Notes: generated by a model from the letters alone, not told the origin. Shown: positions 50,693 through 62,829, numbered from the stretch's first letter. The stretch: 64,000 nt of DNA from Trichoplax adhaerens (GCF_000150275.1 NW_002060983.1:108353-172352), one strand, 5' to 3'. A program made the numbers and translations.

Positions 50693-51820
50693 ATGGATAA
50701 TTTCCTTAATATTTCATCAACACAAAATCAAACCATCGCCGTTTTTGGTCGGCTTTACTCAATAAAATTGCCTTTTATGTCTGTTTCATTGATACTGGCT
50801 ACTATTGGTTTTATTGATAACATCATTATTTGTGCTCTGATATTAGAACGAAAAAAGCCTTATCGGATATCTCATTTTCTGTACTTAAATGTGGCATTCT
50901 CAAATATGTTAACTACAATTTATTATCTTATTAACAGTTTACTGCAATTAAACCTGAGTAGATTGTATAACTTGTTTACCAAGAAAAGTAACCTAAGCAG
51001 TAGTACCTGCTATGCTCTTAGCTTTACACTCTATTTTTCATTATCATCATCCTTTCTAACGCTAGCTATTATAAGCTTTGAACGCTATCAAGCACTGAGA
51101 GTTAAAACTCCATCAGAATTTATCATGTCTAACTTACTTATGCTCATTTTAGCGGCATGGATACCATCAATTGCTGTTTCCATTCCAGTTGCATCACGTT
51201 ATCATCGAGTTGATATATATTCCTCACCAGCTGTCTGTGATATTTCAAAAACAGTGCATTCCGTCATTTTTATTGGTATTTACGGCTTAATATCTGCTAT
51301 AACACCAATCTTTATAATTTTTTTTACCAATAAGCACTTTGTTTCCAGATTGATTTATGGCTATAGTCAATCAGCAAGTTATACTATAAACAAGGGCCAT
51401 CGCAATACAAAAAAGGAGCATAATCTTAGCGTTTCAAGTAGCACTAACATGGAGAATCCCATTGAAAACAAAATCGAAATTACGAAAAAGGAATTACTGC
51501 TACTAGTAATAACATTGTTAATATCACTCTTTAGTTTGTCTTTTTTTGTCTCTGTGAAGATTATTACATTATCAAATAATTTCCTTAACCAAAATGTTAA
51601 TTACAATTATGTAAAAACATTTATGATCTCGAGAATGCAAATATTAATAAGTTCAATTTCGGATATAATTCTTATTTGCTGCTGTATGACTAACCCTCTA
51701 GTGTACTGTATCAAAATGGGATCTTTTAATCATTCGGTAACGTTAATCTTTTTGCGAATCCTATATAAAATATTTCGAGGCCTATTGACTGTTATCATTT
51801 TTTCATTTCGTCCATCATGA
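50693..51820 (+). CDS. Divergent class A GPCR, orphan (GPCR6), 375 aa
   Basis: IGFIDN, NVAFSN (D2.50 to N), C3.25, SFERY, TM4 W, ECL2 VCD, TM5 ITP, long ICL3, NPLVY; N-terminal sequons NIS and NQT. Confidence 0.92.
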   Translation: MDNFLNISSTQNQTIAVFGRLYSIKLPFMSVSLILATIGFIDNIIICALILERKKPYRISHFLYLNVAFSNMLTTIYYLINSLLQLNLSRLYNLFTKKSNLSSSTCYALSFTLYFSLSSSFLTLAIISFERYQALRVKTPSEFIMSNLLMLILAAWIPSIAVSIPVASRYHRVDIYSSPAVCDISKTVHSVIFIGIYGLISAITPIFIIFFTNKHFVSRLIYGYSQSASYTINKGHRNTKKEHNLSVSSSTNMENPIENKIEITKKELLLLVITLLISLFSLSFFVSVKIITLSNNFLNQNVNYNYVKTFMISRMQILISSISDIILICCCMTNPLVYCIKMGSFNHSVTLIFLRILYKIFRGLLTVIIFSFRPS

Positions 51821-52251
51821 CATTTCAATTAAAAGTGCGCAAGAACACAGTTACTAAACCCTTTTATGCTGTTATTCAATTATCATCTTAGTTGCTACAA
51901 TCGATACTGAATTTCTCTTTTGCTCCACTTTTTTATCTTCAAATATATCAAAACTACAATTCTTAATAACCGTAAATTTTATAATCAAATTAGTAAAATT
52001 TGAACCTTTTCCGACTATAAACAGTGTATGCTTGAAATATTTCTATTTATTCTAGTCATATTCGATGAACACTGTAAGATGATCTTCTACTGGAGTTTCT
52101 TTTTGTCTTTACTAGTGCAAACTCCCGTCGCTTTGCTGATGGTTTACGATAATGTGCTCATTTAACAGATAGTATTACCATTTGTCGTACTCAGTAGACC
52201 TGTCAGAGGTTCAACTTTATACCGTGTACTGTGTACTGTATGCTGTACAAA

Positions 52252-52811
52252 TTAGTTAACTTCTAATTTGGAGATACTGTGTTTTAATATAGCATTGACT
52301 TTTTATCACAGTGACACTTATACACATTCTGAAATTAATAGTTATAATAGGGAATGCAAACCATCTGCTTACAGTTCGAATCATTGTGATTGTAATTTAC
52401 TTATGGTAGACTGTAAATTATCATGGAAGTGTTCCGTGATAGGACATATCGTAATCTGACTATTCTGTATTAGTCATTACATGTCTATGTTGGTAAATAC
52501 TGTTGTCTGCATTAAGGGAGCAGTAGCTAAAATTAATATCTAATTCAGTAAATGATTCTAATGTTAATTGTATTAACTATGACTCATGAACTATTGAGGA
52601 GTAGTATATAAATGCAGTATATCGTGAAATAAAGTGAATTTCTCCAACTTAGTGTTTATCGTAAAATACGAGGCGTTTAAGTCTTTGTGTAGTCTGCTAG
52701 TAGAGCAAAAGTGTTTGTGATAGTGCAGATATCGTTCCTTGATACGTGGTTCAAGGAATTGACTTATTGATCGTACATTACGTTATCTTGTTGCAAAGCT
52801 GTTTTGTGACA
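52252..52811 (+). mobile_element. 5'-truncated solo LTR, family A
   Basis: Near-identical to 37757-38316; ends TTTTGTGACA; the first ~70 bp and the TSD are missing. Confidence 0.9.
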
Positions 52812-55080
52812 TAACACAACAAAACTTAATATGCGTTTTTTCTTACTGATCTTTGATGTTATGAACGTAGTAGCTAGCCCCTGATTGCGAGGTAATCATT
52901 ACAGTCGTTTAGGCTTTACTATTGTAAATTAATATTAAATTAAAATGATAAAGAAATAGGATATTAACTGTAGATCTTTTAGACAGCGAGATTTCTTGTC
53001 GTGATCAGCAACAGATAAGCGAATTCTATATAGCTAAAAGTGTTAATATTGCTCTAACGAAAGCTGTATTGGGAGAATTGGATTCAAGTGATCCTTAGAA
53101 CAATAAATCAAGATCTTATATATAAACTGACAATTTTTCTATTTAAAGAACTATAATAAGCTTCAAAATTGCAGTTAGACCTTCCTAACAGTTTGTATTT
53201 TGACCTTGAGTATTTTGATGCTTTCTCAAAATCATGTCAGTATTTGGTAATAACATGGTGCCAAAGAGCAATGCCTCTTTTTTATCTCTTAAATATTGTC
53301 GTGATTTATAATAACCAAGAACGTATGCTTTAATTCCTTTGTTGACTAGTACTTTTATTACTATCATAATAGATTTTGCAGTATGTGATGGTAATTTGTA
53401 ATCTTATAGATTTAATGTTAGTTAAAATCACTACAGTTGTTTATCCATAGTATAAATGGCTTTTTAAAATTTTTACTGTATTGTGTGAAAGTAATGATAA
53501 ATCATTAATTTTAGGGATTATTTAAATTTTATCTAAACGTCTGTCCTAAAAATGTGATCAATTCAATCTTTAAAGTGTGTATCTGAGCTGTTATGTGTAT
53601 CCGATAAGCTGCTTTCTCTTATTGGCATTTTAGAATTATTAAATATCAAATATTAATAAATTTTCTCCATATCTGGTTTAACCGAATGATTAATTGACGA
53701 TTACACAAATCCTAAGTGACCAACTTTGGATTGTACAAGTGAATCAGTATTAAATTTAATAAAATGGGTTAAGACAAACTAAAAGTGACAAATATAGTAA
53801 TAATAGCACGGTATACTAGCCAACCATTCCTGAAACAGTTACGTATTAGAAAATTTATTGTTTAAGACAATAAATGGGTCGGGATCCATCGGTCAAAATT
53901 GCAATCGAATCCGTTTTCTCTCGAGAAAATATGTTCATGTAATCGTACAACTTGTGGGTCACCTACGATAGATCATTATTATATTTCGCTGTTACGGTAT
54001 TATATCACCATTTAAATAGCTTCAAAGGTGCAGCTAAAATGGTCAAGTCCTAAATTAAAATGTCAACGTGGTTTTTACTGCCTTACCAAGCTTACTGGTT
54101 ATGATAGCTGATTTACATGTTTAGTACAAATTGTTATTTTCCAGTTCAGAATCAATAAATTAGACAGCCATCTTATGATAATGAAGTAGTTTAAAATGAT
54201 AATTATCAGCTTGATTCCACTTACAACACTATGAAACATAGATAATCCACTCTAAATTTATAAATAGACAGCGATTTGTAAAAGTTTTTATGAGCTGATT
54301 GCGGTAGTACTTACTGTCAATTCTTTCCAAGTGTTGCAAATTACATGTAAAGATAGTATGACTGTAGATGGAACAACTAAGAATAATTAATCAAAATAAG
54401 TAATGAAAATTGCTATTGGAAGCTACTTTTTTGAATAATTTAAACTAATACTTACAATTTCATTCTAAGTCGTAAGAGGCAGTTAATCAATACATAGTCC
54501 ATTTTTAAGCATTTAAGCACCATCGTAAATTCCATTAAAAGATAAATTTCTGCCGAAATAACTCATTTGACAATAGCCTAGCCAAAAAAGGTTAAGGTCA
54601 AGTAACCTCTGAAAGCTATATCCTACTACTCTTCAGCATAGCATATGACATCATAAATAAACTACCAATAAAATAACGGCATAGCGTTATTTATATCCTT
54701 TATGAAATATCACTCAATTCAAGAATTGTAGTGTTCAAGAATAGCAAGAATGTACCTGTGAAAATAAAATAACTCTTTGGAAAAAGAGTATTTCACCCAT
54801 AAACAACATTAATTTTTTAAAAGGTCATAAATTAATCGTCCGTTCTTTGCCAACAATTGAATAAATACTGCAACTGATAAACTTTCCGGCAACAACGAAA
54901 TTTATTTATTAATATTCTAGCCAGAAACTCACTACAACATGATTTTGATTCTAAAATTACAGTGTAGCAGCAATTATCCTAAAATATACTGAAACTTTTA
55001 CCAACATGTATAGATTAAATTATTTTGTGGTGAGGATTGGTCTTGTCATCTAAGATCAATACAGCACCGAAAATGGTAGT
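52812..55080 (-). pseudogene. Decayed Gypsy RT-RNase H-IN fossil (Gypsy relic 2)
   Basis: In order on the minus strand: VILE...SEFLARILINK, KER, FQRLLD (RT); TSKLGKAV, YRNSEI***SIVG, KLYDYMNIFSREKTD (RNase H, ~54110-53900); YYKSRQYLRDKKEALLFGTMLLPNTDMILRKHQNTQG (ORF 53185-53367; integrase HHCC lead-in); then IEKL and ICC*SRQE. Confidence 0.7.
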
Positions 55081-55857
55081 CATTTCTGTATCCGATATCA
55101 TAATGTAAGGTAGTTATGAATAAATTGTATAAATTATTCGATGCAGATTCCCGGATATCATACTTTCCGTAAATAAAGCTAAATTATGTTATTATTTATA
55201 AAATGTTTTGAATATCGTAAGGGTAAAATTCTAATTAAGTCCCTAAACCTAAAAGATTTCGATTAAATAAACTAAAGTACAAGAGCAATAAGCCTACAAT
55301 AATCCGAAACCGTCTATAATACATATAGATAAAACTACCTTTACTACAAGGACTGATCATGTTATTAAAGAGTAATTAAATATCATACAACTAAATGACA
55401 CCATACCGATCTCATTAGGCATTATAGTATCCCATACCATAACCTCGGAGTAAGCAAACTTTATCAGTTACTAAACGTTGTTTTCTCGGTTTTAGTACTC
55501 TTAATAAATAATATTTGATTATTTATAATTGTCTTAAGCACTGTTAGAGTCAACCTGCAACAAAGTCGCTGAATCTAAAGATTTTGACTCAATAAACTAT
55601 AGTACGGCGTAACAATATGCTTGCAGTAGGCTCAAGCCACCTAAAACGGCCGTAGATTAAATTACTTTTAAGGCGAAGATTCTTCGTGTCATCTACGAAA
55701 AAAGAGTAAGCAGTATAACGATACAGCGACGAGTACAGTAGCCACTATTGTATCCCTTGCCATAGTATGAATATAAACAAACTATGTTAATTGCTTGACG
55801 TTGTTTTCCCGATTATAAGACTCGCATTAAGTAAGGCCAGATAATTTATTAAGCGCC

Positions 55858-56407
55858 TGTAATGTAACTTAGTATTGTGATTGTAGACTGTTAGCCATGT
55901 GTAGTATAATGTACGGTAGATATTTATCCTAAGAGATATTTGGTAGCTGTAACTATAGACTGTAGTGGTAGAGACTCTATGCTAGAGTACAGATGACTAT
56001 ATACAGTAAGCTGTTGAGTTACTAATATGGCTGTAGGTAAAAATAGAACTGTAAATCATATATTAGGATATGGTTAATTCATTGTACTTGGGCTGGTGTG
56101 AATAATGTCTACGTAAGTACTGTAGTCGTATCCATATTGGATTAATGATGGTCCGCAGTAGAATAGTCTTACTAAGACTAATTTAACTATGTGTAAAATA
56201 AGGTAAAAGGTTGCCATGCGGATTGTAGCTGGGAATGCTACGGAAAGTATAAAAGCATGCAACTTTAGATTATTCTGTTAGTTCATTCTAGAAGTCTTTA
56301 GAAGTAGTATTCGGCTAGAGTAGAGCTGTGTAGTTAATCTTTGTATAAGATTGAATAAAGCCCTTATTTTTCTAAAATTTGGAATTTCGTGATTGGTATA
56401 TATCACA
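55858..56407 (+). mobile_element. Solo LTR, family B (550 bp)
   Basis: TGTAATG...TATCACA ends; perfect TSD GCGCC. Confidence 0.94.
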
Positions 56408-58170
56408 GCGCCCTAAGAACGGTTGGAGCTATCGACTCAGCAATAATACTATGTCAATATGCGAGAAACTTTTTATAATAATACAAGATTAGATGTATAA
56501 TCATCTAAGGGTAATTCTAATATTTCAATTTATTTTAATTTAGTTAAGCAAACCACTAGTTGAACAAATACTTCATCAAGAACTAATTTATTGGACTGGT
56601 GTATGAAGTCATCTATGTTAGAAAATAATTTTCCGATAGCATAAAATTATATACTTCAATGTACATTTTAAGTATTTCAAGTTACATTTATTAAGATAAA
56701 CAGATCATTAGATGAACAGATAATTCTTTCATAATGTAGTATTGTAGACTGTCGAACGGAATCCTAAAGCTGAATTAACTTTTAAATATTCATCGCCATC
56801 AAGAACGATGCGTTGTAGACGACATATGATTTCTGGGAGTGGATTCCTTTGTATTCCTCCTCGATTTGTTTGTTATCACTCCAATGTTGTTTATCCATTC
56901 TCATCTTATTAAGTTGCAATAGCTAACATGATCGTGCGTCGCTATTATTCAAAACTAAAAAGGCCATATTCAAGAAACTGGCAAAAATCTCATCTAGAAA
57001 GAACTAACAACAGTAATTTAACGTTACCGTACTGGATCATTTTCAACTTGAAAAGTGAGTATAAACTGAGGTTGAATCGATTGAGTGATCCCGTGATCAG
57101 CACTACTGTGGCAATGACCTGTTGACAAATTGAGTAGCGTAACCTTGAACATTTACTTTAGAGCAACAACAGTCATTTAATCAAGGCGCAGCCAATAGCT
57201 AATGCATCAGGGGACCGATGAGTATCTATTTTTTAGTAGCTAGGGACAATGTTATTATTACTCTGATTATCCTTTCTCTTCTCTGATGATTAAAAATACA
57301 ATATTCAAAGTTGATCGTGATCCTATCTAGATATCATTATCATAACAATATCAATCTAATTTATCATGCAATTACATTGATCAGTGTTACTTGTCTAATA
57401 CTGAATCAATCGTTGTAATAAACTCCTATCAAACAATGGATAAATAGTTCAAGTCAAGAATAAAGTAATTGTAATCGTCTATTAAGCAGAATTTCTTCAT
57501 AGATCGACTATCACGTGCTGCAATTCTGTAATAATCATTTCAAATAATTATTGTACTATAATAAGTAGAATATTTACTATTATTATATTAAAATAAATTA
57601 CCATCGAAATTAACCTCCTTTTCTTTGTTTCCATAATGTTATTGTATTAAATGGAAGCTTTGATAGCAACTATTCATTATTTGTAGCTTTTCATGCAATC
57701 AAATGATACTGTCTTCTCTTTAGAACGATAATTTTTAGAGTACTTATTTTGTTCAATCTGACACAATCAATCTACCTTTGGCAGATAATTGTTATATTAT
57801 TCAGTAGGACCATATTATTGAACTTATTCCGAATTCCTTGTGGCTGGTCACTAATCATTTTCACCTTATAAGTTGCTTTTAATAACTTAGAAGATTTTAG
57901 GGGCAGAAAATAAGTTTAACTTCTATTCAGTAATCTCAAGATCTATCTTCCATGATCTAATAGGGTTTAACGAAATTTTTTATTGAAACAAGGAATCAGT
58001 TTTAATCTCTTTCTTCTCAAAGGTTTTGAAAAATTACGTTATCGTTATCGACATTGATATCGAGACAGCTTAAGCCAGAATTGAGCGTTTCTTTACTGCG
58101 TACAACAGTACTGATTTATATTTTCTGAGCAAAAAATTTAAAAGTAGTTGCTCGCCATTTCTGTATAGCC

Positions 58171-59274
58171 ATGAATAGCACCGTACCTGTTATAGCCCCA
58201 TTTCAATTAAAAGTCTCCTTACCAACAGCGATTGGATTTTCTGTGGCGTCCGTACTAATTACTGTGATAGCAGTGATTGGAAATGCCTTGCTAATTATGT
58301 CAATTTTAATCAACGAAAATGGCAAAATGAAAACTACGACCAACTATTTATTAATCAATCTGGCTGTATCTGACATGCTAACAGCCATTATAGTCGTACC
58401 TTATCGATTATTTCATTATATTTTTAGCTACTGGATATTGGGTGGATTCCTATGCACGACTGCATTGCCACTGGAAAAAATCTGTTACTCAGCAACTACT
58501 TTAACTATGATGTCGATGGCAATAATTCGTTATCGTGCTGTACTCTATCCTTTGTCGACCGGAGTTACATTTATTCGTGTTATGTTGTGTATTATAACCA
58601 TATGGGCAGTATCCATAGCAGTAGCTATACCATTAATTATTCGCATGCCTTATCATTTAATAGCTCGAACAATCATTATAAGCTATCAATGTGAACCTGT
58701 GTTTAAAAGCTTACAGGACAGTTTAAACTTTGCCAAAACTTATTATCTCACCCTCAACTGCGTTATTTTTATCTTACCCTTAATATTAATCGCCACATTT
58801 TATTTCAAGATACTGCGCCGCTTAAAGCAACGTATTAATCGAAAAGATTTGCGTGTTCATTACAGTGCTTCACTATATAAAACATGTCGAGGAATTAATT
58901 TGATGTTAATTACTATGGTTGCCGCTTTTACAATCTGTTGGGCACCTTATAATGTCTTAATATCGCTTAATCCTTTTGCTTATAACTCAATTGTTAAAAT
59001 GAAGCCGTCAGATTTACGTAGTTACCAATTATTTGCAAGGATCTGCATTTGGCTGGCGCTCCTCAGCAGCTGCTTAAATCCTATCATATGTGTGATCTAT
59101 AACGAAAAATTTAGGAAATCTTTTAAAAATATCCTTTATTCGTGCTTTAGTTGCGGTACTTGTCGTAATTCATCGAAGAAGAAGCAAATCAATCATTCCA
59201 TTTCCACTACACCCAAAGGAACAACTTATGTTACAAGCGTTGGCGAAATGTGGCATGGCCTGGTTCAATTTTAA
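58171..59274 (+). CDS. Class A GPCR, neuropeptide-receptor-like (GPCR7), 367 aa
   Basis: VIGN, TTTNYLLINLAVSD, ECL1 YWILGGFLC, AIIRY, TM4 W, ECL2 C, FILP, FTICWAPY, SSCLNPII, NEKFRKSF, Cys-rich tail. Confidence 0.96.
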   Translation: MNSTVPVIAPFQLKVSLPTAIGFSVASVLITVIAVIGNALLIMSILINENGKMKTTTNYLLINLAVSDMLTAIIVVPYRLFHYIFSYWILGGFLCTTALPLEKICYSATTLTMMSMAIIRYRAVLYPLSTGVTFIRVMLCIITIWAVSIAVAIPLIIRMPYHLIARTIIISYQCEPVFKSLQDSLNFAKTYYLTLNCVIFILPLILIATFYFKILRRLKQRINRKDLRVHYSASLYKTCRGINLMLITMVAAFTICWAPYNVLISLNPFAYNSIVKMKPSDLRSYQLFARICIWLALLSSCLNPIICVIYNEKFRKSFKNILYSCFSCGTCRNSSKKKQINHSISTTPKGTTYVTSVGEMWHGLVQF

Positions 59275-59629
59275 AATAAAATCTAGTATCATGGTTTGTG
59301 AAAATAGCAACATAAAATCCGAAATTTTAACCGAGAATCTTATACATAACTGTAAAATAATCAGTGATTATGAAAAAGTCAATAATACGGTACTATTGCA
59401 ATTTTACAATTGTTGCTCTAAATGATCATTTAAAATTCTCAAGATTCTACTTCAAGTCCATTTTGGTACCCTTGGGAGTAGAAAAAACTGCCCAGTAGAC
59501 AAGAAAAGATCCGAAGATCATTTTATTGTGGTTTAAAATGGAAATAAAATCCCACACTCAACAATTAACTGTTAATGTTCTTATTGATCAACGCGTACTT
59601 TTCAGTTAAATACAGACTGGCAATTACTA

Positions 59630-60935
59630 AATAATGTTAGTGAAATCTTCGCTGATGTGAAAATTAGTTTTTCCTGTCTTCGATTTAATTTCCAAGCATT
59701 AATTAAAGTGATGATATATATTCAATACTGTATTAATTGACATTGCATCATTTTAGTATACAGGCTATTCGCGCGTAAGGTTAATGTTAGTAATTTAAAA
59801 AAGTAATCAAACGTATTACTCTCTGTGTAAATAGGAATGGGATCATATTGTTCTATTCCCATCTCGGTAAGTCTCTGTACATAATTCGCGGCAGGAGTAC
59901 TATCCAACGCTCATAATAACCATATGTTACCCAGAAATAGTTTTACCTAAAACAGTATTTATAATATATCTAATTCATCTACTACCCACAACTGTTATTA
60001 TTTCTGATAATTGTAATATAGTTGAAACATTACTGAACGAGCTATATTACAAATTTTTATAATAACCGATATATTGCTGAGCATATTAAAAGAGATGCTT
60101 CAAACTTTTTGCGTCATAATTTCTTTAATACGCGTAAACTATTATCTAATCTATTGAATTAAATTTAAAATTCTTCCCGTGTGAAAAAATCTGAGAGCTT
60201 AAATTATCTTCATATGGTATCATGTAATCGTATTAAATATATCAAAATAATTACAGCACAAACAGATGATCGTGCGGTAATTGACATCTACTTCTTTATT
60301 TCATCATTGCTAACAACTGAAATCGCTTTTAATGATAAAAGAATCGAATTCAATTTACTTTTTGGGTAGCAACCGTCAAGAAATATCTTGGCAACTTCTT
60401 TAATGCTTCAGATTAGTTTAAAGATTTTACTTCAAAAATATAATTGAGGTTGTGAATTAACCTCATGAGCACGATAGCGAGTAATTCGAGGGTAAAATTT
60501 TCATAATCTTGTTGCATATTAGCAGTATTGCAATGTTAGTCACTAAAGAAATTCAATACCAAATTTTAAAAATCAGAATAATTTTCCATTCAATTTTTAG
60601 AATTTTGTAACTAATACAGTAATTGCAGCTTGTTATAATGCCATATAGAATGATAAGAAATTCTTATAAATTCTAAGCAGCAGTTACTGATATTTTCTTG
60701 ACAGGCTGCCCTTCATAATTACAACTAATGTCGAGGAAGTTTTCATTATCAATTGACATGAATATTTCTTCCACTCCTCCGGTATACAAGAATAGAAATA
60801 TGCTAGCATTGCTTAGGTGCCTTAGCTGGTAGTAATTAGTAAGCAATTTTTTTAACATCATTGCTATTAGCAATCAAAATTATTCCTGGATATGCCTTAT
60901 GGAAAATATATGGTCGATATCTTCAATACTGTATG
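59630..60935 (-). pseudogene. Decayed Copia RT C-half and RNase H fossil (Copia relic 2, 3' part)
   Basis: YPGIILIA (~60890; like YVDDILIA), LKKLLTNYYQLRHLSNASIFL...EIFMS...KISVTA (ORF 60673-60873; like LKxxLxxxFxMKDLG...IxLSQ...STP), SLKHLF*Y (~60095), YII...LGKTISG (~59940; like ISW), ALDSTPAANY and LTEMGIEQYDPIPIYTES (ORF 59722-59907; like LxELGxxQxxPxxIYxDN). Confidence 0.72.
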
Positions 60936-61234
60936 TGTCACAAACCAGCTTCGTGACAAGAATAACGTAAAACAAATTTCTAAATTACTATAGTCTCCGG
61001 GATTCAGTATCCCTTAACTACCTCTCAAGAATTTAGACGCCTTTGATTCTACGTTAAACTCAACTAGACAATTGAGAACTGCTTTATTCAAATATCTGAC
61101 GGGCTTATATACCCTTCTACAGACGCTAACATACACAAGTCATCTTATAAAAATACTTCGGTGAGAAGATCTACTAACTAATTTTTTATAGTCGGACTAC
61201 AATATGTCCATTCACAGAATCATTTCAGTACACA
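60936..61234 (-). mobile_element. 3' two-thirds of a family C LTR, fused to family D
   Basis: Starts TGTCACAAACCAGC; matches the reverse complement of the 26110 and 43155 copies up to 61234, then switches abruptly to D sequence. Confidence 0.9.
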
Positions 61235-61990
61235 AATTTTATGACGTGACTCGAAGTCACATTAGGAAAATTTAGTGAGGAAAATAGAAAATAAGATGGA
61301 AATTGGCAGAGGTTGTGTTGATTGTTAGGTAGTTAGGATGTTGTTTTTATGACTAAATTTTGATGTTTAAAGGTTGATTTTTAGACTTATATAGTATATT
61401 AATGATAGAAATTATGTTAGAAGTGAAGTTTGATGTATATTTATAGTTAATTTGTTAGTTTTATAGTGTTTTGTAAGGGAATCGTAGGTAAATTGTGTCT
61501 GAACTTTGAATGATTTTTGTTTTCTTAAATGGTGCAAAGTAGTTTTGTAAAACGGATCTTAAGAGCGATTGGTTAGCAAATGTTTAGTTTTAAACACCTC
61601 TGAAGGCTCTACGAAGCCTATAAATGATAGTGCAATTAGAAAATTTAGAGAGAGAGTAGAAGAAGATTTTATTTGAAGAACTTGTATAATTTAAAAGGCC
61701 TTCGGGGTCGAATTGTCGTAAGTTAAAACGTTGTTGTTTTTGAAAGGTTGTTTGGTCGTTGACAGTTTTAAGTCTGTCACTATTTTTAATAATACTTAAA
61801 GCTAAGTATTTGTAATGTTGTTCGGTTTATTTTTCTCTCCATTTTGTATTGTAATAAATTGTTGTTCGGTTATTTTCCCAAATTTTATTTGGTGTCAAAG
61901 TTTTGCTAAGTCGACCAGAGTACAACGAAAGTAGAATCAAAGTTTGTTAAAGTTTTGTAGCTTGATCTCTACAATTTTCATTTCATTACA
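61235..61990 (+). mobile_element. 5'-truncated family D LTR-like element
   Basis: Near-identical to 10652-11412; ends CATTTCATTACA. Confidence 0.88.
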
Positions 61991-61999
61991 AATACCAAT

Positions 62000-62760
62000 T
62001 GCTCATTACGGCATTTTAAAGGTACTTTAATTCGATAGTTTAGTTCAGTTAAAGACAGAAAAGACAAGAAAAGTCTAGGATAATTGTTAGACATCTTGCT
62101 AATTGATAGTTTGGTAGGTTAAGGTAGTAACTCTGCCCGTATTTTGGTTGTTCTTTTAGAAAATTTTGCTGAGATTATCGTTAAAATTATAATAAACTAG
62201 TATTTCCCACCTAATTTATTTTGTTAGGATTTCAATTTTCGTTAGTTTAACTTAAATTTTTCGTGCAATATTACTTGAGAAATTCTAGTAGGAACTTCTA
62301 TGCTTTGACATTAAATGCATATCCTTTCAGACGGAGCTTAGATAATATGTTCTAGTCGTTTTAATGTGTACCTGCGAATGTACTAGTATCACCAACGAGT
62401 CCATTTCTAGCTTTAACTTATTACTTGTCGTCATAATTTTATTCACGTCACTATTATAATGTTGCAAAGATTCTATATAATATTAGCAGTAAGAATAATT
62501 TTATCGTGATATTGAAGATGCGAAAGAATATTTGTTGTGATGTTAAAAAAATGGCGCTTAAAATGGCATAAGCTTATATTTAATATTCTTTCACTAGTTT
62601 ATAACAGCAGAATTAATAAAAACTGCGTAAATGTGTATGTTGGTGAAATTTTGATAGTTTCGCAGAAATTCTTATTTTTTGACTTTATCAATCTAAAAAT
62701 ACTGGAAAGTCGCTGTTTTGATGGCGAAATGGTTAAGAGGATTATTGAAGGCGAAAGTTT
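62000..62760 (-). pseudogene. Decayed Copia integrase C-terminal region (Copia relic 2, 5' part)
   Basis: FAIKTATF, LSHLQ (62526-62512; like LSHLRVFG), KLK...LVGDTSTFAG (~62420-62370; like KLD...FVGY...GY), SKRTTK, TELNY (like EPxTY). Confidence 0.5.
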
Positions 62761-62829
62761 AATTTACTGAAATAAATTCGAATGTGATCTAAAAACTTAA
62801 GCCCACTAGGACCAAATCGAAAAGGAATA

